Below are positions 54,452 through 64,000 of a stretch of DNA of 64,000 nt, in pieces. The notes under the pieces are model-generated. The model had not been told where the DNA came from and did not search any database. It saw nothing but the letters and a program-made list of their open reading frames with translations. The translations under genes were made by a program, and so were the position numbers. Position 1 is the first letter of the stretch. The number at the start of each line of letters is the position of its first letter. This DNA comes from Bacillota bacterium (GTDB lineage Bacteria > Bacillota > UBA5301 > Bu52), in contig JADBKO010000002.1 of the NCBI GenBank assembly GCA_014896355.1, forward strand, positions 37,631 through 101,630. Direction: 5' to 3'.

Positions 54452-57018
54452 CCGTGACCGCGGGGCTCGATACAAAAGACAGCACAAAAGAGAGCGCAGA
54501 AGAGAGCGCCACCGAACGCGAAGAAAAGGCCCTGGCAGAGCGGGCCGAGGCGATTCTACGCCGGATGACCCTGAAGGAAAAGGTGGCCCTGCTTTCCGGC
54601 CAGGACGCTTGGCATACCGTGCCCATTCCGCGCCTGGGCATTCCGTCCCTGGTGATGACCGACGGTCCCCACGGGGTGCGGGCCCCGTCCGAGGCGGGGC
54701 GCACGCCGGGCCCTGCCACGTCGTTTCCAACGGGGGTTTCCATGGCCTCCAGCTGGAACCCGGAGATCATCGAACGCGTGGGCGCCGCCCTGGGGGAAGA
54801 AACGCGCGCCATGGGCTGTGACATTCTGCTGGGTCCGTGTGTGAACATCGTCCGGCATCCCCTGGCGGGGCGCAACTTTGAGAGCTACTCGGAGGATCCG
54901 TACCTGGCCGGCCAGATTGCCGCCGCCTACATCCGGGGGGTGCAGAGCCGCTGCGTCGGGACCTCCATCAAGCATTTCGCCTGCAACAATCAGGAGACCG
55001 AGCGTTTCCGGGGCAGCTCCCAGGTGGATGAGCGCACGCTGCGGGAGATCTATCTGCCGGCTTTCGAGACCGCCATCAAGGAGAGCAAGCCCTGGACGGT
55101 CATGTGCTCCTACAATCGCATCAACGGGGTGTATGCCAGCGAGAACGCCCACCTGTTGCGCGACATCCTCAAGGGGGAATGGGGCTTTCGCGGCGTGGTG
55201 ATCTCTGACTGGGGCGCCAACCATACCACGGTGGAGTCCGTCCGCGGCGGGCTGGACATCGAAATGCCCGGGCCGGCCCGCTACTATGGCTCGCTCTTGG
55301 TGGACGCGGTCCGCAACTGGCAGATTGATGAATCCGTGATCGATGAGAGCGTGCGGCGGATTCTACGGATGCTGCTGATTTCCGGCAAGATGGATGACGC
55401 GGCAGGCGCTCCCTCCCACCTGCCCTCAGGCTCGGTGAATACGCCGGAGCACCAAGCGTTGGCACGGGAGCTGGCCGAAGAATCCGTCACATTGCTGAAA
55501 AACGACGGGAGGATCCTGCCGCTTCAGAAGGCAAGGCTCAAGTCCGTGGCCGTGTTGGGCCCTAACGCGGCGGAGGCTCGCATCGGCGGCGGCGGCAGCT
55601 CCTTCCTGGAGCCGCCGTACCGGGTCAGCCCGCTGGAGGCTTTGCAGGCCAGGTTGGGGGACACGGTGGCGGTCCATTATGAGAAGGGCTGCGACAATTG
55701 GGTGGAGCCGCCGGCCCTTTCCGCTGAGATTGTCACGGCTGTGTCGCCCGCGGGTCAGCCCGCCGGGAGCGGGCTCTGGGGACAGTACTTCCAGGGCCTG
55801 GATTTGGCCGGCGTTCCCGCTCTGGAGCGGCTGGATACCAAGATGGATTTCTGGTGGTGGGGGGGCAGCCCGGACCCATCGATCGACGGCCGGGAATTCG
55901 CTGCGCGCTGGGGCGGAATCCTGGTGCCCAAGGAATCCGGGCGCCATCGTTTCCAGTTCAGCCATACCGGTACTTGCCGCCTCTACCTGGATGGCGAGAA
56001 AATCCTGGAGAGTTCCCGCCGCTTTGGGGACGAGAACTTCCTCGTAACCGGCGCGACAGAGAAGGAGTTGGTGGCGGGCCAATCCTACCGGCTGCAGGTG
56101 GAGTATCTGAAGCCGGCGGAGGAGGACGCGGCGATCATGCGGCTGCAGTTCGCCTATTGGCCGCGGCCGGAGGAAGATTCCCGCCTGGAGCGTGCCGTGG
56201 CCTTGGCGCGGCAGTGCGATGCAGCGATCATTTTTGCTGGCATGCCGGAAGGATACGAGACAGAAGGAGCGGACCGCCCCCACATGGACCTGCCCGGCCG
56301 GCAGAATGAGCTCATCGAGGCCGTGGCCCGGGCCAATCCCAACACCGTCGTGGTGCTGAATACCGGCTCACCGGTGAGCATGCCCTGGGTCAGCCGGGTC
56401 CCTGCGGTACTCGAGGCGTTCTACCCCGGTCTGGAAGGAGGCAACTCCGTGGCCCGCATCCTGCTGGGCGAGGTGAATCCGTCCGGCAAGTTGTCGGTCA
56501 CCTTCCCGCGGCGCCTGGAGGATACGCCTGCGTACATTAACTTCCCGGGCGGGCGTGAGGTCCACTATGGAGAAGGAATCTTCGTGGGCTACCGGTACTA
56601 TGACCAGCGGGGTGTGGAGCCGCTGTTTCCGTTCGGCCACGGTCTCTCCTACACGGAGTTTCAGTATGGAGACCTACAGGCGCCGAAGCAGGCCAAGATC
56701 GGCGATCCCGTGCGGCTGTCCATCAGGGTGACGAACAGCGGCAGCGTTCCGGGGAAGGAAGTCGTGCAGGTGTATGTGCACGACAAGGAGTCTACGTTGC
56801 CCCGGCCGCCGAAGGAGCTCAAGGCCTTCGCCAAGGTGGCGCTGCAGCCCGGGGAGAGCAAGACCGTGGAGTTCGTGCTGGATTTCCGGGCCTTCGCTTT
56901 CTACGATCCGGGACGTAGCCGCTGGGTGGTGGAACCGGGCGAGTTTGAGCTGCTGGTAGGCAGTTCCTCCCGGGATATCCGGGCCCGGGCCACGATCCAT
57001 CTGGAGGCGGCAGAGTAG
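54452..57018 (+). CDS. bglX: GH3 beta-glucosidase with a PA14 insertion
   Basis: It has the GH3 N-domain (KEKVALLSG, GFRGVVISDW catalytic Asp), a PA14-like insert (YFQGLDLAG...WGGILVP...YRLQVEY) and a C-terminal Fn3-like domain. Confidence 0.85.
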
Positions 57019-57145
57019 CCGTAGGTGTCAGACGTCAAAAGTTGGCGGAGGGTAAAGACAGAAGTTTGGCTGCTAACCCCGGTGGGATGATCGGTTTGTT
57101 GCTTTCTCGTCAATGTCAGGGCGTCCGGATTCCTTGGCCTGGGCT

Positions 57146-58612
57146 TCAGGAACGGGGGTCCCGCACCAGGCAGAGCAGGGCCCCGATGGCCGACAGGACC
57201 CCGCCGGTCAGGTAGGCGTCGCGCAGTCCCAGCCAGAAGGCCTGGTGGACCGCTGCGCCCTGGGCAAAGCCGGCGGCGGCCAGCTGGTGGAGGTAGGCGG
57301 ATTCCCGTCCGGAGAACACGGCGCCCGCCACTGCCACGCCGAGCACCATCCCCACGTTGCGGACGGTGGCTAAAACCGCGGAGGCCACACCCAGGTGCTG
57401 TCGCGGCGCTGCACCCATGACGGCGCTGTTGTTGGGGGACTGGAAGATTCCAGTGCCCAGGCCGAAAATCGCCAAGCGCCAGGCGATGTCCCAGGGGCCG
57501 GCGGTCGGGCCAACAGCCGCCAGAAGGAAAAACGGCAGCGAAGCCACGCCCAACCCCAGAAAAGCCAGCCACCGGGTGCCGATACGGTCGGACAAAGCAC
57601 CGCTGAACGGGGCCACACTCAGGACCAACAGAGGAGAGACGGTCATGACCAGCCCGGCTCGCGCTGGGTCCAGCCCTATGCCGCGCTGCAGCAGGAAGGG
57701 GGTCAGGAAGACCAGCACGAATTGGGCCACGAAGCTCAGCAGGCCCGCGGCGTTGGCTGCACTGAAGGTGCGGTTGCGAAAAAGGGCCAGGCTCAGCATG
57801 GGCTGGGGAACTCGGCGCTCCGTAACCACAAATGCTGCTCCTGCCAACAAAGCCAGGGCCAGGACCCCCAGAGCGGGCGCCGACGCCCAACCCCAGGTTT
57901 CCCCCTCGCTCGCGTACAGCAGCAAAGACCCCAGGCCCACCAGCGCAAGGGCGGCGCCCACCAGGTCAAAACGCTGGCCTGGACGGGGCTGTCCCTCCGG
58001 CAACGCCCGGGCCGTCCACAGCAGGGCAGCCACCCCTACCGGCAGATTGATATAGAAGATGGCCCGCCACCCGAGCCAGTCTGTGAGCGCTCCTCCTAAC
58101 GAGGGACCCAGCGCCAGTCCTGCCGCCACGGCCATGCCGTTGAACCCCAGAGCCCGCCCGCGCTCGTAGGGCGGGAACGTGGCGGTGATGATGGCCGGGC
58201 TTACAGCCATGAACATGCCGGCGCCCAGCGCCTGCACAGCCCTGGCCGCGACGAGAAGGCCCAACGACGGCGCAGCGCTGCAGGCGGCGGAGGCGACAGT
58301 GAACACGGCCAGCCCCAGGCGGTAGATCCGCTTGTATCCCACCATATCGCCGAGGCGGCCGAACGTCAGAAGCAGGGTGCCGATGACGAGCAGATACGCC
58401 ATGGCCACCCAGCTGACCATAGACACAGAGACGTGGTAGTACTGGCTGATCACCGGCATGGCCACATTGACCACGCTGCCATCGATGGGCCCCATGGCCC
58501 CGCCGATCAGTACGGCAGCCAGGATGCGCCACCGGTCGGGCCGGGGCTGTGGCTGGGTGGCACCGGGTGCGGAAGTCCTTCGCTCTGCTGTCTGGGATTG
58601 TTCCTCTGCCAT
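57146..58612 (-). CDS. MFS transporter, DHA2 (EmrB/QacA)-like, 14 TM
   Basis: The MFS motif 'GRLGDMVGYKR' is present. It has about 14 hydrophobic segments. Confidence 0.85.
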   Translation of the reverse strand: MAEEQSQTAERRTSAPGATQPQPRPDRWRILAAVLIGGAMGPIDGSVVNVAMPVISQYYHVSVSMVSWVAMAYLLVIGTLLLTFGRLGDMVGYKRIYRLGLAVFTVASAACSAAPSLGLLVAARAVQALGAGMFMAVSPAIITATFPPYERGRALGFNGMAVAAGLALGPSLGGALTDWLGWRAIFYINLPVGVAALLWTARALPEGQPRPGQRFDLVGAALALVGLGSLLLYASEGETWGWASAPALGVLALALLAGAAFVVTERRVPQPMLSLALFRNRTFSAANAAGLLSFVAQFVLVFLTPFLLQRGIGLDPARAGLVMTVSPLLVLSVAPFSGALSDRIGTRWLAFLGLGVASLPFFLLAAVGPTAGPWDIAWRLAIFGLGTGIFQSPNNSAVMGAAPRQHLGVASAVLATVRNVGMVLGVAVAGAVFSGRESAYLHQLAAAGFAQGAAVHQAFWLGLRDAYLTGGVLSAIGALLCLVRDPRS

Positions 58613-58753
58613 ACAAGCGTCTCCTTTGGCCGTTTTCCCGGCCCTGTGTATGCTACGCGCGTTCCCTCTATTATACCACCCGCCGGCAGACCGCCGCGCC
58701 TGTCAAAACGGAGGGGCCAGGCCGAAATCTATCACTTTCCTGGGAGGCCCGCC

Positions 58754-58781
58754 TTAATCTCTGTCCTGCGGGTGCCGATAA
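58754..58781 (+). promoter_or_regulatory. Sigma-28 (SigD/FliA)-type promoter TTAA-N16-GCCGATAA
   Basis: The -10 GCCGATAA at 58774-81 matches the sigma-D consensus GCCGATAT at 7 of 8 positions. It lies ~85 nt upstream of flgM. Confidence 0.45.
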
Positions 58782-58865
58782 CACTAACAGCACGAAGGAA
58801 GGTCCACTTCGAGCGAACGGCGGCGTATCCTGGCGCCGCACGGACTCATGGGAAGGGATTGGGGC

Positions 58866-59162
58866 ATGCAGATTTCTTTGGAACAAGTCCGCTGTGTGCT
58901 TCGGGCCTACCAGGAACAGAAGCTGCAAAGCCAGGGACGGGTGCAGGCGGCGGCGGGGGTACGCAAATCCGACCAGCTGAGCCTTTCACCTGCCAGCCAG
59001 CTCTATCAGGCGGCGCTGGAGGCTGTGAACCGGGCGCCCGACGTGCGCGAGGAGTTGGTGCAGCGGCTGCAGCAAGCCATCGACTCCGGCACGTATCACG
59101 TGGAAGGTACAAAGGTGGCGGAGAAGATGATCGAGCGGGCCACCGTTGACAGATTGGTTTAG
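58866..59162 (+). CDS. flgM: Anti-sigma-28 factor FlgM
   Basis: It is ~98 aa and shows FlgM C-terminal conservation (…EELVQRLQQAIDSGTYHVEGTKVAEKMI…). Confidence 0.75.
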   Translation: MQISLEQVRCVLRAYQEQKLQSQGRVQAAAGVRKSDQLSLSPASQLYQAALEAVNRAPDVREELVQRLQQAIDSGTYHVEGTKVAEKMIERATVDRLV

Positions 59163-59218
59163 TCCCTGGATGTGGCGGCAGGGAGGGGGCTGGGCGGAAG
59201 AGCCTCCGCGATGCGGCG

Positions 59219-60046
59219 GTGAACCGCGCGGACATGATCGATGAGCAAACCCTGGCCCGGGCGGAAGACTTGGTGGGCATCATGGAGCAGCAGGCGGAGG
59301 CGCTGCGCCGCCTGCTCCGCTGGACCGAAAAGAAAAAGGAATTCCTGATGACCCGGGGGGTCGCGGGCTCCCGGACGCAAGCTCCCGAAGATGCCCGGGA
59401 ACTGCAACGCGTCTTGGCTGGCGAGGGCGAAAGCCTGCAGGAGATAGAGTCGTTGGAAGAATTGCGCATGCAGGCGGCTCGGGCCCTGTGGCAGCGGATA
59501 CAGACGGGGGCGGCCGGTATCACGGCGGCCGGCGCGCGGAGTTCAATGTCGGCTTCTGCACGCGAGCAGGGTGGAGAGCCCACTCTACGGCAGCTCATTG
59601 AGCGCCTGGAACGGCTGAACGAAGCGATCCCTGCAGGTGAAAGCGGCGCTGCAGAGGCTGCAAAGACCTCCGGGGGCCTTCCGTTGCTGGAGCGCCTGAA
59701 GGCAGCCCAGCGGGAGATCGGCAGCACCGTCGCCCAGGTGGCCCACAATAACCAGGTCAATCAGGGGCTTTTACGGCAAGGGCTGGACTACATCCAGTTT
59801 TCGCTGAACGCCTTGGCCAGCGCTGCCGAGTCGGTGCCGGGAAGCTACGGGCCGGACGGGCGAATTTCATCCGGGGCTGCTGCCGCAGGCATGGAGCTGC
59901 GGGCCATGGGCGGGGCAGCGGGCGGCGGAACTCGCGGCGAAGCTCAAGGCAGCAGGCGATCCGAACAGTCCTGGCGCGTCGGTGGGCCTCATCAGGGAAG
60001 CCCCGGTGGGCCCACCCGCCCCGCCTTGATCGACAGGAAGATGTAA
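59219..60046 (+). CDS. flgN: FlgN-family flagellar chaperone with internal insertion
   Basis: It occupies the flgM–flgK position. FlgN-like N- and C-terminal helices are present (…NQGLLRQGLDYIQFSLNAL…). It is longer than usual at 275 aa. Confidence 0.55.
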   Translation: MNRADMIDEQTLARAEDLVGIMEQQAEALRRLLRWTEKKKEFLMTRGVAGSRTQAPEDARELQRVLAGEGESLQEIESLEELRMQAARALWQRIQTGAAGITAAGARSSMSASAREQGGEPTLRQLIERLERLNEAIPAGESGAAEAAKTSGGLPLLERLKAAQREIGSTVAQVAHNNQVNQGLLRQGLDYIQFSLNALASAAESVPGSYGPDGRISSGAAAAGMELRAMGGAAGGGTRGEAQGSRRSEQSWRVGGPHQGSPGGPTRPALIDRKM

Positions 60047-60060
60047 GGACAGGTGAGAGT

Positions 60061-61488
60061 ATGCCTGGCACGTTCTTTGGCATTGAGACCGCAAAGCGGG
60101 CTCTCTGGGCCACTCAAACGGCCCTGGACACCACAGGCCACAACATCTCCAACGCGAACACCCCGGGGTATTCCCGACAGGTGGCCAATCTGGTGGCCAC
60201 GGAGCCCTATGCCATGCCGGGGTTCACCCGCACCGGGGAACCGCAGCAGCTGGGAACCGGCGTCATGGTCGCTTCGGTGGACCGAATGCGGGACGTTTTT
60301 CTGGATTGGCAGCTGCGCCAAGAGACCCAAACCAAAGGCTACTGGCAGTCCATGAACACCGGCCTCAACCAGGTGGAGCTGATTCTGGATGAGCCCTCCG
60401 AGAGTGGGCTGCGGGGCGTGCTGGACGAGTTCTGGTCTGCCTTGCAGGATCTGTCCAAGCAGCCCGAAAGCCTGGCCGTGCGGGCGGTGGTGCGCGAAAA
60501 GGCTCAGACCCTGACGGAGCTGTTTCATGCCAACTACAAGCAGCTGGATGACCTGTACAATTCGCTGGGGAATGACATCACGAAGAAGGTAGACCAGCTG
60601 AATTCGTTGGCAGGGCGCATCGCGGACCTGAATGCCCGCATCATCCAGGTGGAGAGCACCGGGGGGAAGGCCAACGACCTGAAGGATCAGCGGGATTACC
60701 TGATCGGGCAGGCGGCGCAGATCGTCAACCTGCGTGTGGTGGAGCAGAACAACGGCAGCGTCGACGTCCTGGTGGGCGGCGGCCCCCTGGTAGAGGGGAA
60801 GGTGGCGCACAACCTGGTGGCCCAAGTCACCGGCAGTAGCAGTGACGTGGGTGGGGTGCAGTTCCACTGGCTGAGCGACGGGGGCCCCACAGCGGAGATC
60901 ACCAACGGCGAGTTGGCGGGACTGCGGGATATGAGGGAGGCCATTCGGGCACATGACGGCAAGTCCGGATGGTTGGATCGGCTGAACGCCTTGGCCGCGG
61001 ATCTGGTGACGAAGTTCAACGATCAGCACTACAAGGGATATGATTTGAACGGCCAGCCCGGGACCGACTTCTTCGCGCCCCCGACCCCCGGGAACCCTGT
61101 GACGGCCGAGAATATCCGGCTCAGCGATCAGATCACCAACGATTTGGGTAACATTGCGGCCTCCGCTTCCGCGGGCGGAGCCCCCGGTGACGGGGACAAT
61201 GCCATCGCGCTGGGCGAAGCGCTGGACGCGACCCGGACGGATTATCGCTCCCTGATCTCGTCTTTGGGCGTCGACGCCCAGCACGCGAAAAACATGGAGG
61301 ATAACCAGACGGCGTTGGTGTCTCAACTGGACAGGCTCTCGCAGTCTGTGTCAGGAGTCAGCCTGGATGAAGAGATGACCAACATGATCCGCTTCCAGCA
61401 GGGGTACAACGCCGCGGCCCGGCTGGTCACCACGTTGGACGAGATGCTGGACACGATGATATCGCGGATGGGCTTGGTGGGCCGGTAG
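60061..61488 (+). CDS. flgK: Flagellar hook-associated protein 1
   Basis: The N-terminus 'FGIETAKRALWATQTALDTTGHNISNANTPGYSRQ' and the C-terminal flagellar rod/hook motif are present. Confidence 0.85.
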   Translation: MPGTFFGIETAKRALWATQTALDTTGHNISNANTPGYSRQVANLVATEPYAMPGFTRTGEPQQLGTGVMVASVDRMRDVFLDWQLRQETQTKGYWQSMNTGLNQVELILDEPSESGLRGVLDEFWSALQDLSKQPESLAVRAVVREKAQTLTELFHANYKQLDDLYNSLGNDITKKVDQLNSLAGRIADLNARIIQVESTGGKANDLKDQRDYLIGQAAQIVNLRVVEQNNGSVDVLVGGGPLVEGKVAHNLVAQVTGSSSDVGGVQFHWLSDGGPTAEITNGELAGLRDMREAIRAHDGKSGWLDRLNALAADLVTKFNDQHYKGYDLNGQPGTDFFAPPTPGNPVTAENIRLSDQITNDLGNIAASASAGGAPGDGDNAIALGEALDATRTDYRSLISSLGVDAQHAKNMEDNQTALVSQLDRLSQSVSGVSLDEEMTNMIRFQQGYNAAARLVTTLDEMLDTMISRMGLVGR

Positions 61489-61598
61489 TCAAGTCATCAT
61501 CGCACCGGGGTGCCGCCGCGAGTGTTGGTGACGGGCCATGGATCATATGACTGGGCCCGAACCGGGCAGCAATCCGGTGCACGCGCCAGCACGGAGGG

Positions 61599-62549
61599 AT
61601 GGCTATGCGGGTTACCAATTTAATGATCACCAGCCGCTTTTTGGATGACCTCAACCGCTCCACCCAGCGGCTGGATAAGCTGAACAATGACGTGGCCACG
61701 GGGAAAGTCCTGCACGCGCCGTCGGACGACCCGGTCCGGATGGAGCGCAGCATGACCCTGCGTTCCGCGTTGGCTCAGAATGATCAATACTTGAAGAACG
61801 CCAACGACGGGATCTCCTGGCTGGAAGCCACGGACTCCGCCCTGAATGACCTGACGTCCGTCTTGCAGCGCGCCCGCGAGCTGGCTGTGCAGGGTTCCAA
61901 CGGGACCCTGGACGCTACGCAGCGCCAGGCCATCGCGCAGGAGGTTCAGCAGCTTCTGGAGCATGCCGTTCAGGTCGGAAACAGTAAGTTCGACAACCGC
62001 TATCTGTTCGGGGGCACCAAGACGGTCGACCCAACCAATGCTGCCTATGAGCCTTTCACATATAACAGCGCCACGCCGTCGGTGACGTATAACGGCAATC
62101 CCCTCCCGATCAGCTACGAAGTGGGGCCCGGCAACGAGGTGGCCGTGAACATCGCGGATGGGATGGGGACGGGCCCAATCATCTTCGGGGAGTATAGTGG
62201 CGCCCAGCCCACGAGTGACGGTGTCCTCCCCGTCCTGCAGAAGCTGGTGGGTGATCTCCAGGCAAATGATCCCGCTGCCGTTTCCGCAGATCTTGGACGG
62301 CTTGACAAGACCATCGACAATCTCATGCAAGCCCGCGCCGATGTGGGCGCCCGGCAAAACCGCCTGGAGCGTACCCGTGACCGCCTGATGGAGTTGGACG
62401 CGAACTTCAAGAAGCTCATCTCCGACACGGAAGACGCGGACATGGCTCAAACCATCATGGACCTCCAGATGCAGCAGAACGTGTACAGGGCGGCGCTTGC
62501 CACAGGAGCACGGGTGATCCCACCGACGCTCGTGGACTTCCTACGGTAA
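61599..62549 (+). CDS. flgL: Flagellar hook-associated protein 3
   Basis: It has flagellin-like N- and C-terminal helices (RVTNLMITSRFLDDLNRSTQRL…; …MQQNVYRAALATGARVIPPTLVDFL). Confidence 0.8.
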   Translation: MAMRVTNLMITSRFLDDLNRSTQRLDKLNNDVATGKVLHAPSDDPVRMERSMTLRSALAQNDQYLKNANDGISWLEATDSALNDLTSVLQRARELAVQGSNGTLDATQRQAIAQEVQQLLEHAVQVGNSKFDNRYLFGGTKTVDPTNAAYEPFTYNSATPSVTYNGNPLPISYEVGPGNEVAVNIADGMGTGPIIFGEYSGAQPTSDGVLPVLQKLVGDLQANDPAAVSADLGRLDKTIDNLMQARADVGARQNRLERTRDRLMELDANFKKLISDTEDADMAQTIMDLQMQQNVYRAALATGARVIPPTLVDFLR

Positions 62550-62593
62550 AAGGGGCCAGGCAAAGGCCTTCGATAGCGGAGTGATGGAGAGTT

Positions 62594-63166
62594 ATGATGA
62601 CCGCCGTTGATCTATCCACCGTTCCGACCATCGGACCTTTACACATGCCCATGCTGCAGGGCGCGCCGGATCGCCTGCAGATCCGCGTCCAAACGACGCC
62701 TGCGCGCGTAGACATCCGCTACCGGCCCTTTCAGGTTCAGGTGGACACCAGCGAAGCACGGGCGGAGCTGGGCTTCTCCGGGCCTTTGCGTAGCGGGAGA
62801 GAGTTCGCCGCCCAGTCGCAGAGTGAATATATCCGCAATCTGGCGGCCATGGTGGACGAGGGGAATCGGCTGGCGGCGATCGAAAAAGGCGGGACCATCG
62901 CCGACGCCGCGGCGGCCAAAGCTCCTGGCGGATCTCCCCCCGGTGAGAAGGCGTTTCAAAGCCAAGTCGCCTTGATTCCTTCTACGCCGGCCGACATCGA
63001 GTTCTTGGGAGGCGGCGTGGATGTCCAGGCCACGGGTGCCTCCGTCCAGATCAGCTTTGTCCGCCAGGGAGACAAACCTTCGTTGCGCGAGCAGGTGGTG
63101 GAATTCTACCGGACCCAGCATTTCCAGGACGTGGTATGGACACAATCCGTGAACCAGACGGCCTAA
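62594..63166 (+). CDS. YviE-like flagellar-operon protein (DUF6470-like)
   Basis: It occupies the position between flgL and fliW, as yviE does in Bacillus. There is no strong motif. Confidence 0.4.
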   Translation: MMTAVDLSTVPTIGPLHMPMLQGAPDRLQIRVQTTPARVDIRYRPFQVQVDTSEARAELGFSGPLRSGREFAAQSQSEYIRNLAAMVDEGNRLAAIEKGGTIADAAAAKAPGGSPPGEKAFQSQVALIPSTPADIEFLGGGVDVQATGASVQISFVRQGDKPSLREQVVEFYRTQHFQDVVWTQSVNQTA

Positions 63167-63185
63167 CTAAACAGGGGTGAAAGGA

Positions 63186-63839
63186 ATGCTCGTGCAGACA
63201 GCCCGTTTCGGGCCTGTGGAGGTGGCGGCCGACAAGGTCGTCCTGTTTCCGGATGGCCTGATCGGCTTCCCGGAAGCCAAACGTTTCGTCCTTTTGGCGC
63301 CGAGCGAGAGCTCCGAACCAGGCACTGCCGGTCCTGGCCGGCCCGAGCCACAAGGCGTGGCTGACTCCGAAAGCAAGCCGGGGCCGCAGCGTCCGGAAGG
63401 CGAGCCACGCGTGAGGTTCCGCTGGCTGCAATGCCTGGACCGGACGGATTTGGCCTTCCTGGTGGCGTCGCCTCTTGAGTTTGTTTCCGAATATACGGTA
63501 GAATTGAGCCGGGAAACCCAGGAGAAACTGAAGTTGGCCGAGGGCCATGAAATCACTTTGGCGGTCATTCTTACGGTGCCTGAGGATCCCCGGCGTATGA
63601 CGGCCAATCTGGCGGGGCCGCTGGTGATCAATGTCGATACCCGTCTAGGCTGCCAGGCTGTCCAGGATAACCAGCGTTGCCCCGTGCGTTATCCTGTGTT
63701 CGGTCATATGAAAGGTGCGGCGGCCACACCGCCGGGTCCGGGTTCCCAGCAGGCGCCCAGGGGGGCCAGGCACCCGGGCATCCGGGACGCAGGAGTGGCA
63801 GCGCCGCGGCGGTCTCAGGCCAGCGCCGGGATGAGGTAA
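63186..63839 (+). CDS. fliW: Flagellar assembly factor FliW (with a ~35-aa insertion and a C-terminal tail)
   Basis: A GGGGTGA RBS precedes it. It has 'FPDGLIGFPEAKRFVLL' and the FliW core 'LTVPEDPRRMTANLAGPLVIN'. Confidence 0.8.
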   Translation: MLVQTARFGPVEVAADKVVLFPDGLIGFPEAKRFVLLAPSESSEPGTAGPGRPEPQGVADSESKPGPQRPEGEPRVRFRWLQCLDRTDLAFLVASPLEFVSEYTVELSRETQEKLKLAEGHEITLAVILTVPEDPRRMTANLAGPLVINVDTRLGCQAVQDNQRCPVRYPVFGHMKGAAATPPGPGSQQAPRGARHPGIRDAGVAAPRRSQASAGMR

Positions 63840-63961
63840 CCGGTACAGAGTTGACCGGCGCAACGTCCGGGGTCTGGGGTTGGAGCGTTTGCCGGGTCCA
63901 GAGCTCTAATCCGGGAGAGAGGGCGCCTTGAGGGTGGACCGCTGCCAGGGAGGGCTGCGTT

Positions 63962-64000
63962 TTGTTGGTTCTGACCCGCAAAGTGGACCAAAGCATCGTC
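63962..64000 (+). CDS. csrA: Carbon storage regulator CsrA (5' fragment, truncated by the window edge)
   Basis: The TTG start follows a GGGAGGG. The translation 'MLVLTRKVDQSIV' matches the CsrA N-terminal consensus. The position after fliW is conserved. Confidence 0.6.
   Translation, partial: MLVLTRKVDQSIV

Noticed and set aside
63677-63931. An 84-aa ORF after fliW as a possible csrA.
   Set aside because: The translation is unlike CsrA and is in a different frame, overlapping the fliW tail. The true CsrA start (MLVLTRK…) is at 63962.
1-64000. CRISPR arrays, tRNA/rRNA genes, transposases or integrases.
   Set aside because: I scanned all the intergenic regions listed as features above. Beyond the short tandem repeats at 51981-52134 there are no regularly spaced 25-40-nt repeats. 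There is no T-loop or acceptor-like tRNA signature and no recombinase-like translation.

Overview
This 64 kb window is about 70 % GC. Its gene order is Firmicutes-like, which suggests a Symbiobacterium-, Thermaerobacter- or Limnochordia-type lineage (inference only). Gene density is high, mostly on the + strand. In order it holds:

- a dcw-distal cell-division/translation cluster: uppP, an HlyD-like hypothetical, sepF, yggT, ylmH, divIVA, ileS, a small membrane protein, a YteA/DksA-like zinc-finger protein, lspA and rluD;
- a family-5 peptide ABC importer (binding protein plus two permeases, no ATPases);
- hutU;
- an Rrf2 regulator followed by cydA-cydB-cydD-cydC;
- an AbrB/SpoVT-fold protein translationally coupled to an ABC-2 exporter;
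- an M20 dipeptidase;
- a roughly 1,120-aa secreted HExxH-peptidase / TolB-propeller / beta-barrel fusion protein on the minus strand;
- a DUF763 protein, a single-chain L-serine dehydratase, and a second beta-barrel-like secreted protein;
- a DUF5320-like small ORF, a GH130 glycosidase, a minimal FAD-binding oxidoreductase, an HD-GYP phosphodiesterase and a FecR-domain membrane protein;
- a trimeric, bifurcating-type [FeFe]-hydrogenase operon (NuoE-like, NuoF-like, HydA) with an orphan receiver domain;
- a nitroreductase and a second ABC-2 exporter, both on the minus strand;
- a Nif3 protein, a GH3 beta-glucosidase with a PA14 insert, and an MFS transporter on the minus strand;
- the late flagellar operon flgM, flgN, flgK, flgL, yviE-like, fliW, with the first codons of csrA at the window edge.

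I found no rRNA, tRNA, CRISPR array, transposase or integrase.

The observations most worth follow-up are:

1. a promoter with two tandem Rex-like 18-bp dyads in front of the hydrogenase operon;
2. a non-canonical TSCSPGW H-cluster motif in HydA;
3. the giant protease / propeller / barrel fusion protein together with a second OMP-like protein, implying an outer membrane;
4. the AbrB-coupled ABC-2 system;
5. an Rrf2 regulator with its own dyad upstream, heading the cydABDC operon;
6. a cluster of short tandem repeats in a divergent intergenic region;
7. a strong promoter plus a poly-A tract ahead of a possibly disrupted DUF5320-like gene.

All calls rest on reading the translations and the DNA by eye. 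No database search was possible.
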